From: Candidatus Omnitrophota bacterium
Lineage (GTDB): Bacteria; Omnitrophota; Gorgyraeia; Gygaellales; Profunditerraquicolaceae
Assembly: GCA_018822885.1 (NCBI GenBank)
Contig: JAHJJA010000149.1
Span: forward strand, 771-64,770
Direction: 5' to 3'
DNA length: 64,000 bases
The number at the start of each line of letters is the position of its first letter. The first letter of the stretch is position 1. A program made the translations under genes and the position numbers. This document shows positions 18,953-29,348 of this stretch, one piece after another. The notes beneath the pieces are model-generated. The model was not told the DNA's origin. It saw only the letters and a list, made by a program, of their open reading frames with translations, and made no database searches.

Positions 18953-19447
18953 TTATCGGCTCCTTTTACGCGCCTTTACCCAATTCAAAAGGCCTCCGCG
19001 CTTCACTATCTCTTCTAAAAACTTAGGAAAAGCCTGCGTATTATAAACTTCGTTCTTCGTAATATTCTTTATGCTCCCTATGCTTAGATCGATCTCAAGC
19101 AAATCCCCGTCCTGAATTTTCTCCGCGTCGCCAGACTCCAAAAAAGGCAATCCGATATTGATGGCGTTTCTAAAGAAGATCGCGGCAAAACTTTTGGCGA
19201 TAACCGCAGAAACTCCGCAACCCTTGATCGCCAGCGGCGCATGCTCCCTTGAAGAACCGCAGCCAAAATTCTTTCCCGCGACAATAATATCTCCCGGCTC
19301 GACATTTTTTATAAAATCAGGGCTGATACTCTCCATGCAAAATTTACCTAACTCTTTGGCATCAGTAGATACAAGATATTTAGCCGCGATAATATCATCG
19401 GTATTTATGTCGTCAGCGAATTTGTGGGCCTTACCTTTTATAATCAT
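18953..19447 (-). CDS. leuD: 3-isopropylmalate dehydratase small subunit
   Basis: DINTD, NFGCGSSREHA, IFFRNAINIG. Confidence 0.95.
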   Translation of the reverse strand: MIIKGKAHKFADDINTDDIIAAKYLVSTDAKELGKFCMESISPDFIKNVEPGDIIVAGKNFGCGSSREHAPLAIKGCGVSAVIAKSFAAIFFRNAINIGLPFLESGDAEKIQDGDLLEIDLSIGSIKNITKNEVYNTQAFPKFLEEIVKRGGLLNWVKARKRSR

Positions 19448-19449
19448 AG

Positions 19450-19612
19450 CGTTAATCGTTAATCGGTTGCGTAACTCGAATCGTTAATCGTTGATCGGTT
19501 GCGTAGCTGGAAACGTTAATCGTAAATCGTTAATCGGTTGCGTAGCTGGAAACGTTAATCGTTATACGGTACGTTAAACGTTTAACGTATGACGTTTCGA
19601 TTGACGCAACCG
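19450..19612. repeat. Heptamer-based (CGTTAAT) tandem/inverted repeat array
   Basis: Three ~32-bp units, a 20-bp perfect palindrome at 19570-19589, then an inverted partial unit. Confidence 0.9.
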
Positions 19613-19620
19613 CAACCTTT

Positions 19621-20889
19621 TTAACCGATCTTTTCAGGGTGCGTGATTTTACCTGTAATCGCTGAAGCTGCGGCGACAGCAGGATTCGATAGATACACAA
19701 ATGACTTGGGGCTTCCCATCCTGCCTACGAAATTTCGGTTAGTGGTAGCAATAGCGACCTCACCTTCAGCTAAAATACCCATATGGCCTCCCAGGCAAGG
19801 CCCGCAAGTAGGAGTCGAGAATATTCCGCCCGCCTTAACGAAAATCTGCGCCCAACCCTCATCCACGCACTCTAAATATATCTTTTGCGTCGCGGGGATC
19901 ACGATCAACTTCACTCCCGCAGCGACCTTCTTTCCTTTAAGTATTTTTGCTGCCATACGCAGGTCGGAAATCCTGCCATTGGTACAAGAACCAATGACTA
20001 CCTGATCCACTTTTATATCTTTTAATTCACCTACCGGCTTGACATTGCTCGGCAAATGCGGACAAGCTACCTGCGGCTCCAGGCCCGTGACATCCCATTC
20101 ATAAATCTTTTCGTAATCAGCTTCGGGATCAGATCTTAAATTTCTTGCTTTTGATTTATATTTTTGGTTTTGCTGTACATATTTCAGGGTGATCTCATCC
20201 GGCTCAATGATCCCCGCGCGCCCGCCTGCCTCAATAGCCATATTACTCATTGAAAACCGGCCATCCATCGCGAGCTTTTTAATCACAGGGCCGCTAAACT
20301 CCATTACCTTATATAAGGCGCCGTCAACTCCGATCTGTCCGATAGTAAACAAAATCAGGTCCTTGCCCCCTACCCACTTTCCCGGCTTTCCCTTATAAAC
20401 AAACTTGATCGTTGCCGGCACCTTCATCCAGAATTTTCCGTCGGCAAAAGCGCGCGCCAGATCAGTAGAACCTACGCCTGTAGAATATGCCCCTAGGGCG
20501 CCATAAGTACAGGTATGAGAATCAGCCCCAATGATCATATCCCCAGGGCCGACAAGACCCAGCTCGGGCAAAAGCGCATGCTCAATTCCCATGCGGCCGA
20601 CTTCAAAATAGTTTTTTATTTTTTGCTCATTAGCGAAATCTGCGAGGATCTTACATTGATTGGCGCTCTTTAAATCTTTTGCAGGAGCAAAGTGGTCCGG
20701 GACAAGCGCGATTATATTTCTGTTAAAAACTGTCTTAAAACCGGCTTTCTTAAACTCGGAAATCGCTATCGGCGCGGTGATGTCATTACCGAGAGCGAGG
20801 TCGACATCGACTTCGATAAATTCTCCAGGCTTGACACTCTTTAAGCCGGAATGCGCCATTATTATCTTTTCCGCGATTGTGTAAGGCAT
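19621..20889 (-). CDS. leuC: 3-isopropylmalate dehydratase large subunit
   Basis: GADSHTCT, IGSCTNGR, CGPCLG, TTNRNF. Confidence 0.95.
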   Translation of the reverse strand: MPYTIAEKIIMAHSGLKSVKPGEFIEVDVDLALGNDITAPIAISEFKKAGFKTVFNRNIIALVPDHFAPAKDLKSANQCKILADFANEQKIKNYFEVGRMGIEHALLPELGLVGPGDMIIGADSHTCTYGALGAYSTGVGSTDLARAFADGKFWMKVPATIKFVYKGKPGKWVGGKDLILFTIGQIGVDGALYKVMEFSGPVIKKLAMDGRFSMSNMAIEAGGRAGIIEPDEITLKYVQQNQKYKSKARNLRSDPEADYEKIYEWDVTGLEPQVACPHLPSNVKPVGELKDIKVDQVVIGSCTNGRISDLRMAAKILKGKKVAAGVKLIVIPATQKIYLECVDEGWAQIFVKAGGIFSTPTCGPCLGGHMGILAEGEVAIATTNRNFVGRMGSPKSFVYLSNPAVAAASAITGKITHPEKIG

Positions 20890-20902
20890 TTTTTGGCTTA
20901 GG

Positions 20903-22150
20903 TTAACCCTTGAATTTCTTGACGATCAGCGTTGCGTTGTGCCCGCCGAAGCCTAAAGAATTGGACATACACACTTCAAGGCTCATCTTACGGGCTGTAT
21001 TCGGAACATAATCGAGGTCGCACTCTGGATCGGGGTATTCGTAATTTATGGTAGGGGGAACAACGCCATCCTGTAAAGCCAGGCAGCAAACCACAAACTC
21101 TACTCCTCCGGCAGCTCCCAGCAGATGACCAGTCATGGATTTCGTAGAAGAGACTGCTACCTTCTTCGCATAGTCTCCCATTGCCCTCTTTATCGCCAAG
21201 GTCTCAAGCTTATCATTCAACTTGGTCGAGGTGCCATGCGCATTAATATAATCGACATCCTGCGGATTCAAATGCGAATCCTTTAAAGCAAGATTCATCG
21301 CGCGGGAAGCGCCATCGCCTTGAGGGTCCGGCGCAGTCATGTGATAAGCATCACAAGTCATACCATAACCTACGATTTCAGCCAAGATCTTGGCGTTTCT
21401 CTTCTTAGCGTGATCCAATGTCTCTAAGACTACTAAACCGCAACCTTCAGCCATTATAAAACCATCCCGCTCCTTATCAAACGGACGCGAGGCTTTTTGC
21501 GGTTCATTATTCCTCATAGAAAGCCCTTTAAGGGCGCAGAAACCTCCCACTCCGGTAGCTACAATACAGCTTTCAGTACCGCCGGCGACCATAACATCCG
21601 CGTCTCCGCGTTCCAAAATCCTAAACGCTTCTCCTATCGAATGTGAACCGGAAGCGCAGGCAGTAGCAACGCATGAATTCGGACCTTTTAAACCATAAAC
21701 AATACCAACCTGCCCTGCTGCTTCATTCACAATTAACATAGGAATCAGAAAAGGGGAAAGCCGGGATGGGCCCTTATTCAAGTATATCTTGTGCTGCTCC
21801 TCTATCGTATGCAGGCTTCCGATACCGGAACCGATTAAAGCCCCTATGCGCTCCCTGTCTTCTTTTGCTAGATCTAAACCGGATTGAGTAATCGCCTGTT
21901 TCGCGCTAGCTACGGCAAATTGCACAAATTGGTCCATGCGCTTGGTATCTTTGTGAGTCAAGCCATATAAGGCCGGATCAAAACCCTTGACTTCTCCGGC
22001 AATACGCGAGTCAAAACCAGCCGGGTCAAAATAGGTTATCGGCCCCACTCCGCTCTTTCCCTCTTTGATTGCCTGCCAAAAGCTGGAGACATCATTTCCA
22101 ACAGGAGAAATTATACCTAAACCCGTGACTACTACTCTATTTTCTTGCAT
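20903..22150 (-). CDS. fabF: 3-oxoacyl-ACP synthase II
   Basis: TACASG, HGTST, GHLLG, GFGGHN. Confidence 0.96.
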   Translation of the reverse strand: MQENRVVVTGLGIISPVGNDVSSFWQAIKEGKSGVGPITYFDPAGFDSRIAGEVKGFDPALYGLTHKDTKRMDQFVQFAVASAKQAITQSGLDLAKEDRERIGALIGSGIGSLHTIEEQHKIYLNKGPSRLSPFLIPMLIVNEAAGQVGIVYGLKGPNSCVATACASGSHSIGEAFRILERGDADVMVAGGTESCIVATGVGGFCALKGLSMRNNEPQKASRPFDKERDGFIMAEGCGLVVLETLDHAKKRNAKILAEIVGYGMTCDAYHMTAPDPQGDGASRAMNLALKDSHLNPQDVDYINAHGTSTKLNDKLETLAIKRAMGDYAKKVAVSSTKSMTGHLLGAAGGVEFVVCCLALQDGVVPPTINYEYPDPECDLDYVPNTARKMSLEVCMSNSLGFGGHNATLIVKKFKG

Positions 22151-22187
22151 GTCTAAAATTGGTTTTTTGATTTAAATGCCAATTACT

Positions 22188-22220
22188 AAATACCCCGCCA
22201 GTGTTTATAGCGGGGTATTT
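22188..22220. terminator. Hairpin/terminator after acpP
   Basis: AAATACCCCGC...GCGGGGTATTT 11-bp stem. Confidence 0.7.
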
Positions 22221-22244
22221 TTATAGTTGAAATTAAATCATTCT

Positions 22245-22484
22245 TTATTTACTGCCGGCCTTTTCTTCGATGTACTTGACGGCGTCGCCGACTGTGGTTA
22301 TCTTCTCTGCGTCCTCATCGGGTATTTCGATCCCGAATTCCTCTTCTAAGGCCATAACCAGCTCTACGGTATCAAGGGAATCAGCGCCCAAGTCATCCAC
22401 AAAAGACGCTTCAGGAGTGACTTCCTCCGGCTTCACACCTAATTGCTCAGCTATGATTGACTTTACTTTCTCTTGCACTGCCAT
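22245..22484 (-). CDS. acpP: Acyl carrier protein
   Basis: [20 protein letters not shown]. Confidence 0.98.
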   Translation of the reverse strand: MAVQEKVKSIIAEQLGVKPEEVTPEASFVDDLGADSLDTVELVMALEEEFGIEIPDEDAEKITTVGDAVKYIEEKAGSK

Positions 22485-22506
22485 TTGCTTTCCTCCTTTT
22501 AATAAA

Positions 22507-23250
22507 CTATGCCATTACCATTCCGCCGTCAACCACGATTGTCTGTCCGGTAATATAACTTGCTTCCTCCGAAGCTAAAAACAGACACACATTTGCCACA
22601 TCATCAGGGCTGCCCATCCTGTTCAACGGGATCAAAGCAAGCATTTTGTTCCTTACGTCTTCAGGAAGCTTAGCGGTCATTTCAGTTTGAATGAAACCCG
22701 GGGCAACCGCGTTGACATTTATATTACGGCTCGCGAATTCTTTTGCCGTAGTCTTTGTAAGAGCGATTATGCCTGCTTTTGAAGCTGAATAATTTGCCTG
22801 GCCGGCATTACCGATTATTCCTATTATGGAAGCGATGTTTACGATCTTGCCGTAACGCTGTTTCATCATGACACGGGACACGGCCTTTGTGCAATTGAAT
22901 GTACCTTTAAGGTTTACATTAATGACCGCATCCCAATCAGCATCACTCATTCTAAGCATCAAATTGTCTTTAGTGATGCCGGCGTTGTTAACTAATATAT
23001 CAACCTTTGTTAATTTGTCAAGGATTTTGTTTATTCCTTCTTCGACTTTAGTGAAGTTAGTAACATCCAACTCTAAAGCCAGTGATTTCCTGCCTAAAGC
23101 CTCGATCTCAAGGCATGTTTTTTCGGCATCCGCCTTGTTTATGTCAGCAACAGCTATATCAGCACCCTCCCTTGCCAAGGCAAGCGCGATCGATTTGCCG
23201 ATACCCCTGCCTGCTCCGGTGATCAAAGCGACCCTATCTTTCAGCCTCAT
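22507..23250 (-). CDS. fabG: 3-oxoacyl-ACP reductase
   Basis: [19 protein letters not shown]; start at 23250 with GAGGTG SD. Confidence 0.96.
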   Translation of the reverse strand: MRLKDRVALITGAGRGIGKSIALALAREGADIAVADINKADAEKTCLEIEALGRKSLALELDVTNFTKVEEGINKILDKLTKVDILVNNAGITKDNLMLRMSDADWDAVINVNLKGTFNCTKAVSRVMMKQRYGKIVNIASIIGIIGNAGQANYSASKAGIIALTKTTAKEFASRNINVNAVAPGFIQTEMTAKLPEDVRNKMLALIPLNRMGSPDDVANVCLFLASEEASYITGQTIVVDGGMVMA

Positions 23251-23260
23251 AGTTTCACCT

Positions 23261-24181
23261 CTAGTTTTGCAAGTTAAGAATGTCTTCCTTCTTCTCAATA
23301 CTAACTACCTGCGCGCTTGGTTCAATGCGGCGCATAAGCCCCTTGAGCACTTTACCAGGCCCAAACTCATAGAATTTAGTTACCCCTTGAGATACTAACA
23401 ACCTTATTGATTCTTCCCATCTGACTGAAGAATACATCTGGTAAACCAGATTCTCTCTTATTTGAGCAGGCCTGTATTCCAGAGCAGCCGTATAATTACT
23501 CACTACGGGCACAACTGCCTGCCCAATAGCGATGTTCTGCAGAAAGCTCTTTAATTCTACGGACGCAGGGAACATGAGCGAAGAGTGAAACCCTCCGCTT
23601 ACCTCCAGCTCGATCACCCGCTTTGCGCCTGCTTCATTACAAAGTTTACTCGCTTCCTTAACCGCTTCGGCCTTGCCTGAAATAACGATCTGGCCCGGGG
23701 CATTGAGATTAGCGATCTCGGCTCCGCTTTTTAAACAGATCTCTTTGACCTTATTCAGATCTAGATCTAACACCGCAGCCATTTTACCGGGAAACCTGCG
23801 CGAGGCGTCATCCATTATCTCCGCCCTTCTTCTTATTAATCTTATGCCATCCTCAAAAGTAAGGCTTCCTGCTGCAATCAAAGCAGAATATTCACCTAAA
23901 CTCAAACCTGCCATAAATAAAGGTGTGACATCAGGAAATTTCACCTTAAAAGCCGCGTAAGCTGCGATTGTCGTAGCAAGAATCGCTGGCTGAGAGTTAA
24001 CCGTAAGCTTTAACACATCAGGCGCACCGGCGAAGCACATCTCTGACAAAGAAATACCCAAGATCTTATCCGCTTTATCAAAAATAGCCCTACTCTCCGG
24101 AAAGGAATCGTAAAGATCCTTTCCCATTCCTACATACTGGCTGCCCTGACCCGCGAATAGAAAAGCGGAATTATCTACCAT
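23261..24181 (-). CDS. fabD: Malonyl-CoA:ACP transacylase
   Basis: GQGSQ, GLSLGEY, GGFHS. Confidence 0.95.
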   Translation of the reverse strand: MVDNSAFLFAGQGSQYVGMGKDLYDSFPESRAIFDKADKILGISLSEMCFAGAPDVLKLTVNSQPAILATTIAAYAAFKVKFPDVTPLFMAGLSLGEYSALIAAGSLTFEDGIRLIRRRAEIMDDASRRFPGKMAAVLDLDLNKVKEICLKSGAEIANLNAPGQIVISGKAEAVKEASKLCNEAGAKRVIELEVSGGFHSSLMFPASVELKSFLQNIAIGQAVVPVVSNYTAALEYRPAQIRENLVYQMYSSVRWEESIRLLVSQGVTKFYEFGPGKVLKGLMRRIEPSAQVVSIEKKEDILNLQN

Positions 24182-25152
24182 TTAATAACACAAGCTCCCC
24201 AGACAAGTCCAGCACCAAAAGCATCCAGAAGAATTATATCGCCTTTTTTAACCTTGCCCTCTTTCACTGCCTCGCACAAGGCCGTAGCAGTTGAAGCCGA
24301 GGACATATTGCCGCAACGCTCTATATTTAGGTAAATCTTATCTTCAGTAAGGCCTAATTTCTTTGCAACCGCCATAATGATCCTGGCATTTGCCTGATGA
24401 GGAATGATCAGATCTACATCAGAGAATTTCAAACCAGCCCTTTCCAAAACAGTCTCTGCGGCGTGAGTCATAGACTTTACGGCGATCTTAAACAGCTCAT
24501 TTCCCTCCATCTTAATATAATGGAGATGTTGTTCTACTGTTTCCTTAGAAGCAGGGTTTCTTGAGCCTCCTGCGGGGATCTTTAAAAGTTCGCTTAATCC
24601 TCCGTCACTGCCCAAATAAGTAGCGACTATGCCTCCTTCTTTTACTTCAGACAAAACAGCGGCCGCGGCTCCGTCTCCGAATAAAACGCAAGTGCCCCTA
24701 TCTGTCCAATCAGTGACCGAAGTAAGTTTCTCGGCACCTACGACCAGGGCGTTTTCATACGTTCCGCAGGCAATGAACTGCTGGGCAACGCTTAATCCAT
24801 ACACAAAACCGGCACAGGCAGCAGAGATATCAAAACAAGCAGCTTTTTTAGCAGAGATCGCGTTTTGCAAAAGGCAGGAAACTGCCGGGAATGGCATATC
24901 AGGGGTGATAGTTGCTACGATTATCAAATCCAGGTCTTGCGCCGAAAGATTAGCCTCGGAGAGGGCCTGCTTTGCGGCTTTGATGGCAAGGTCGCTTGTA
25001 GCCTCTTCTTTTTCAGCGATATGCCGCTCTTTAATGCCTGTGCGCGTGGTGATCCACTCATCGGAAGTATCTACCATTTTCTCCAGGTCAGCGTTCGTCA
25101 ATATCTTCTCTGGCAGATACTCGCCCAGGCCTATGACCCCTACTTTTTTCAT
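24175..25152 (-). CDS. fabH: 3-oxoacyl-ACP synthase III
   Basis: AACAGF, PHQAN, GNMSSA. Confidence 0.96.
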   Translation of the reverse strand: MKKVGVIGLGEYLPEKILTNADLEKMVDTSDEWITTRTGIKERHIAEKEEATSDLAIKAAKQALSEANLSAQDLDLIIVATITPDMPFPAVSCLLQNAISAKKAACFDISAACAGFVYGLSVAQQFIACGTYENALVVGAEKLTSVTDWTDRGTCVLFGDGAAAAVLSEVKEGGIVATYLGSDGGLSELLKIPAGGSRNPASKETVEQHLHYIKMEGNELFKIAVKSMTHAAETVLERAGLKFSDVDLIIPHQANARIIMAVAKKLGLTEDKIYLNIERCGNMSSASTATALCEAVKEGKVKKGDIILLDAFGAGLVWGACVIKW

Positions 25153-26147
25153 TTAGCCGCTGTCTTTCCGAGCGTTTCCAATATCTTTGCGTTTACCTGT
25201 CGCTCTACCTCTTCTTTGGCAACACGGATAGCATTCTTTATAGCTTTAACATTAGAACGCCCGTGGCCGATGATGACAACTCCATTTACTCCCAAAAGCG
25301 GAGCTCCGCCGTATTCAGAATAATCCAGGTCCTTTTTAAAACGCTTTAGGCTTGGCATTAAAAAAAGCAGTCCTATCTTTCCCCAGAAACTGCCTAATAT
25401 ATGCCTCTTCAAAAATACCTGCATGGTTTCTGCGGCGCTTTCAGAGACTTTTAACGCTACATTACCCACAAAACCATCGCAGACCACAACATCGCATTTA
25501 CCGGAAAAAAGGTCCTTACCTTCGATGTTACCGATAAAATTCAAGGGGCTCTTTTCAAGCAGATCGAAAGTCTCTTTCATAAACTCGGTGCCCTTTGCCT
25601 CTTCCTCTCCGATATTCAACAACCCTACAATAGGATTAGTTTTATTCAAAATATTGCGGCAATAAGCATCGCCCATGATGCCGTATTGCAATAACTGCGC
25701 CGGCTTTGGGTCGATATTAGCGCCGACATCAATAATAAGCGAAGCGCCTTTTAATGTAGGGGTGACAATAGCAATGCCGGGCCTCTCAATGCCGCTCAAC
25801 ATCCCCAAACCAAGGACTGCCGCGCAGGCGACAGCACCGGTATTTCCGGCGCTAAGAAAAGCATCACCATTACCCTCTTTTACCAAGTTAACCCCGATAA
25901 CAATGGAAGAATTTCTTTTTCTTCTGACGCTTGTGGCCGCAGACTCGGACATCTCAATGACTTCTTGAGCCGGATAAACCGAGATCCTTTCGCCTTTATA
26001 TTTGGATTTTTCAAGAAGGGATTTTATCTTTACTTCATCGCCAACGAGCACTATATTCACATTATACTCTTGTGCCGCTACTATGGCTCCCTCCACGACT
26101 ACGCCGGGAGCATAATCTCCTCCCATGGCATCAACGATGATCTTCAC
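25149..26147 (-). CDS. plsX: Phosphate acyltransferase
   Basis: VDAMGGDYAP, SAGNTGA, DGFVGN. Confidence 0.97.
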   Translation of the reverse strand: MKIIVDAMGGDYAPGVVVEGAIVAAQEYNVNIVLVGDEVKIKSLLEKSKYKGERISVYPAQEVIEMSESAATSVRRKRNSSIVIGVNLVKEGNGDAFLSAGNTGAVACAAVLGLGMLSGIERPGIAIVTPTLKGASLIIDVGANIDPKPAQLLQYGIMGDAYCRNILNKTNPIVGLLNIGEEEAKGTEFMKETFDLLEKSPLNFIGNIEGKDLFSGKCDVVVCDGFVGNVALKVSESAAETMQVFLKRHILGSFWGKIGLLFLMPSLKRFKKDLDYSEYGGAPLLGVNGVVIIGHGRSNVKAIKNAIRVAKEEVERQVNAKILETLGKTAAK

Positions 26148-26161
26148 GAAGCCTCCTGATT

Positions 26162-26362
26162 TTAACGTTTCTTTTTCTTTTCTTTGACCTTGATCTCGAT
26201 CACCTGTTTACCGTTATAATATCCGCAGGCGCCGCAGACGCGGTGAGGTAATTTAGGCTGTTTGCATTGCGGACAAGGCGCAAGGCTTGTCTTTGCTATC
26301 TTCCAATGGGTGCGGCGCTTTCTGCCGCGGGCCTTGGAATGTCTTTGTTTAGGTAATGGCAC
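26162..26362 (-). CDS. rpmF: 50S ribosomal protein L32
   Basis: PKQRHSKAR...CPQC...HRVCGACGYY. Confidence 0.96.
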   Translation of the reverse strand: MPLPKQRHSKARGRKRRTHWKIAKTSLAPCPQCKQPKLPHRVCGACGYYNGKQVIEIKVKEKKKKR

Positions 26363-26402
26363 TTTTTCACTCCTTTCAATCTTTTAAAGAATCTTAGTTT
26401 AG

Positions 26403-26816
26403 TTACTTTGAAGCGCAATCACACTTCGAGTCATTTAGATTTGCCCCGCATCTGGGGCAAAGGCCTTTACAATCCGAGCTGCACAAAGGATTGATCGGAT
26501 AATCAATAATGATCTCTTCCCTGATATCCGGATTCAGATCAATAACGGAAGTGGCCTTATCCACCGGATAATTCAAATCTATGCGTCTATTAAGAGCGCA
26601 ATTAAATTCCTTAAGGCAGCGGCTGCAACAACCCTGAATCGTGCCTTTTAGGCTCAAACGTACAGTAATATTATTAGTGCCCTTATATATATCAGCGCTT
26701 ATGCTTATGGGGCCACTGCCCTTGATCAACCCTGTATCAAGATCCAAGGATTCGCTGGCGATCTCTTCCGTCAGAGTAAGCCCTTCAGGAGGAATTTGTC
26801 TTACTTCGATTTTCAC
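26403..26816 (-). CDS. yceD: YceD/DUF177 family protein
   Basis: CSRCL, LC-x-x-DCKGLCPRCGANLN; upstream of rpmF. Confidence 0.9.
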   Translation of the reverse strand: MKIEVRQIPPEGLTLTEEIASESLDLDTGLIKGSGPISISADIYKGTNNITVRLSLKGTIQGCCSRCLKEFNCALNRRIDLNYPVDKATSVIDLNPDIREEIIIDYPINPLCSSDCKGLCPRCGANLNDSKCDCASK

Positions 26817-27301
26817 GGTTGAGTTTTTAGCTTCTTTTTAAGCGCCTTTTCCACAAAATCCGGGACAAAATTAGACAGATTTGCCCCCAAAGAAGCCGCC
26901 TCCTTTAAAAGCTTAGCGGAAAGATAACTGTAAGATTCATGCGGCATAAGAAAAATAGTCTCTACGTCCGGAGATAGCTTTCTATTGGTCAAGGCCATCT
27001 GAAACTCATACTCAAAATCAGAAAGCATTCTTAGGCCGCGGACCAGGACCTTTGTCTTGTGCTTATGCGCAAAATCCACTACCAGGCCGCTAAATTCGCA
27101 AACCTCCACCCCTTTCATGCCGGAAGTGGCTTTTTTAAGCATGGCCACCCTCTCCTGAACCGAAAAAAGAGGTTTTTTATGGGGATTGTGCGCCACAGCT
27201 ACAATCACATTCGAGAAGATCTCTTGAGCTCGTTTGATTATATCAATATGGCCGTAAGTAACTGGGTCGAATGTTCCGGGGTATATCGCTATTTGGCACA
27301 T
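26813..27301 (-). CDS. coaD: Phosphopantetheine adenylyltransferase
   Basis: YPGTFDPVTYGH, RGLR-x-x-SDFEYE. Confidence 0.97.
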   Translation of the reverse strand: MCQIAIYPGTFDPVTYGHIDIIKRAQEIFSNVIVAVAHNPHKKPLFSVQERVAMLKKATSGMKGVEVCEFSGLVVDFAHKHKTKVLVRGLRMLSDFEYEFQMALTNRKLSPDVETIFLMPHESYSYLSAKLLKEAASLGANLSNFVPDFVEKALKKKLKTQP

Positions 27302-27852
27302 TGTTTTCTATAAAATGATAATGCAGTGTCTCCGTATCTGGCTTCTTTAACCAAAACGAGCTCACCGCTTTCTTTGGGTAGCTCGTCTTTCTTAGAATGT
27401 TGAGCTATAATAAAACCGCAAGGCGCTAATATATCATACGAGTTTAGGATTTGCAAGGTTTTTTTTGTCAATGATTCCGCATGCTTACTTTTATAATAAG
27501 GAGGATCGAGAAAAACAAGGTCAAACACCCTTTTTTCTTTTTTTAAGAAAGGTATTACTTTTTCAGCCGCATGAGGATATAAAAGGCAATTCCTAGGCCT
27601 AAGCAGTTCAATGTTCCTTTTTATGGCAAGCTGGCACTCCCGGTCAGATTCCGCCAGCACCAGTTCCCTTACTCCCCGAGAAAGCGCCTCAAAGCCAACT
27701 GCTCCTGAACCAGCGAACAACTCAAGAAAAGTCAAGCCCTCTACGTCGCCCAAAATATCAAAAATCGCCTTTCTTACCTTATCCTGCGTCGGCCTTATAC
27801 GCAAAGGCATCCTTAATACCCTACCCTTATATTTGCCTGTGGTGATCCTCAT
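27289..27852 (-). CDS. rsmD: 16S rRNA m2G966 methyltransferase
   Basis: MRITTG, RPT, LFAGSG, EALSRG, DPPY; start at 27852 by ATGA overlap. Confidence 0.93.
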   Translation of the reverse strand: MRITTGKYKGRVLRMPLRIRPTQDKVRKAIFDILGDVEGLTFLELFAGSGAVGFEALSRGVRELVLAESDRECQLAIKRNIELLRPRNCLLYPHAAEKVIPFLKKEKRVFDLVFLDPPYYKSKHAESLTKKTLQILNSYDILAPCGFIIAQHSKKDELPKESGELVLVKEARYGDTALSFYRKQCAK

Positions 27853-29348
27853 CTTAAATACCTCAAAGCCAGCTCTGCCGCGTCTCTGCCGGAAACAAAA
27901 CAAGCGTGGGCTCCCCCTCCCGGGCGGGTCCAGGCGCCTGCCAAATAAAGCCCCTTTACCTTAGTTTCTTGAGAGAGTCTGTTCATTCCTGACTGCGGGA
28001 TAGTTTGGGCAAACCCGTATATCGCGCCTTCCGGAGAAGATCCATACCTGGCAATAGTCAATGGGGTCGCCACTTCCATGATCTCAATATGCTTTGAGAG
28101 CCCGGGCAAGTACTTTTCAACGCGCTCAATAAATTGCCTTGCTACCTCTATCTTCTTAATCCTGTATTCCTCTTTGGCAAATTTACTCCAATGCTGGAAA
28201 GTATCAAATGAAATAATCAGGATACTTCCCTTGCCCGCAGGGACTACACTCGGGTCGATCTGGGCATGATCTGTCAACAGCAAAGAGCACCTCTGGTAAT
28301 CTTGTTTTAAACTAAAATCGAAACTTTCATTATGATCATAGGTAGTATTAATTGAAAACATGAAATGGTCCATTCCTAATTCTTTTGCCGGAATATCCAA
28401 TCCCAGATAAACCTGGACTGCGGAAATAGATTTTTCTATTCGTGCAAGTTGTTGCGAATAATTTTTAGCAAGCAAGGGGTCATCTATCAATTCTGTCAAT
28501 GTCTCAATAGCGTTGGCGTTTGAGATCACGGTTTTTGACAGGATCTTCTCATCCCTATCCGTAACCACCCCTTTGACAACCCTGCCTTCTACAATGATCT
28601 TCTTAATAGAAGTATTAAATCTAACCTCTGAACCCTGCTCCTTGATCTTCTTGACTATCGCCTCAAAAAGCCTCATAAACCCGCCTTTAATATAAGCAGT
28701 ATGGCTATAATAATAGCCTTTAAACACCAATAAATAATACAATGCTGCCAATCTACGCGGAGGAAGCCCCACAAATCGCCAGATATCAGTAATAACAGAG
28801 GCCAGCTTAGGATCACTGATGAATTTGCTAATAAACTGCTCGACGCTTATAAGCGATGTCTTAATTAAAAGCGGGAATCGAAATGGAAGTATGAGCATAA
28901 CGATCCAACCCGGAAGTTTCAAATCGCAGAAACGATCAAACTGCTCAAAAAACTTTTTATACTCCCTGAATAATCTATCGATATTCTTGGATTCTGCGGG
29001 AAAATCTTTCTTTAACGAAGCCGCTAAGTTATCGCAGTTAAAATCCACCAGGAAATCATGGTCAGGATAAATCAGCCGGCAAAAATCCTTTAACTCAATA
29101 AACTCTACCATCTTGTCAACGCCGAATTCCTCCAAAAACTCCCGCACCTCTCCACCTTCTCCCAGGCTATCAACGCAATGGAGGCTCGACTCAAAAACAA
29201 AGCCTTTACGGGTAAAAGTAGTAGCAAGCCCTGCGCAAACCGTCTGCTTCTCTATGACCAAAACTTTCTTACCCGAGTAGGATAATTTTAAACCGGCAGC
29301 CAGCCCGCCGATTCCGGCTCCGATAATTATGCAATCATATTCTTTCAT
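27849..29348 (-). CDS. FAD oxidoreductase, phytoene desaturase/retinol saturase-like (COG1233)
   Basis: IIIGAGIGGL, ATPLT...GAIYG, GLYLAGAW-x-x-PGGG. Confidence 0.88.
   Translation of the reverse strand: MKEYDCIIIGAGIGGLAAGLKLSYSGKKVLVIEKQTVCAGLATTFTRKGFVFESSLHCVDSLGEGGEVREFLEEFGVDKMVEFIELKDFCRLIYPDHDFLVDFNCDNLAASLKKDFPAESKNIDRLFREYKKFFEQFDRFCDLKLPGWIVMLILPFRFPLLIKTSLISVEQFISKFISDPKLASVITDIWRFVGLPPRRLAALYYLLVFKGYYYSHTAYIKGGFMRLFEAIVKKIKEQGSEVRFNTSIKKIIVEGRVVKGVVTDRDEKILSKTVISNANAIETLTELIDDPLLAKNYSQQLARIEKSISAVQVYLGLDIPAKELGMDHFMFSINTTYDHNESFDFSLKQDYQRCSLLLTDHAQIDPSVVPAGKGSILIISFDTFQHWSKFAKEEYRIKKIEVARQFIERVEKYLPGLSKHIEIMEVATPLTIARYGSSPEGAIYGFAQTIPQSGMNRLSQETKVKGLYLAGAWTRPGGGAHACFVSGRDAAELALRYLR

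Noticed and set aside
19450-19612. Possible CRISPR array (~32-bp periodicity)
   Set aside because: Units are adjacent with no unique spacers, are built from heptamers, and no cas genes are present.
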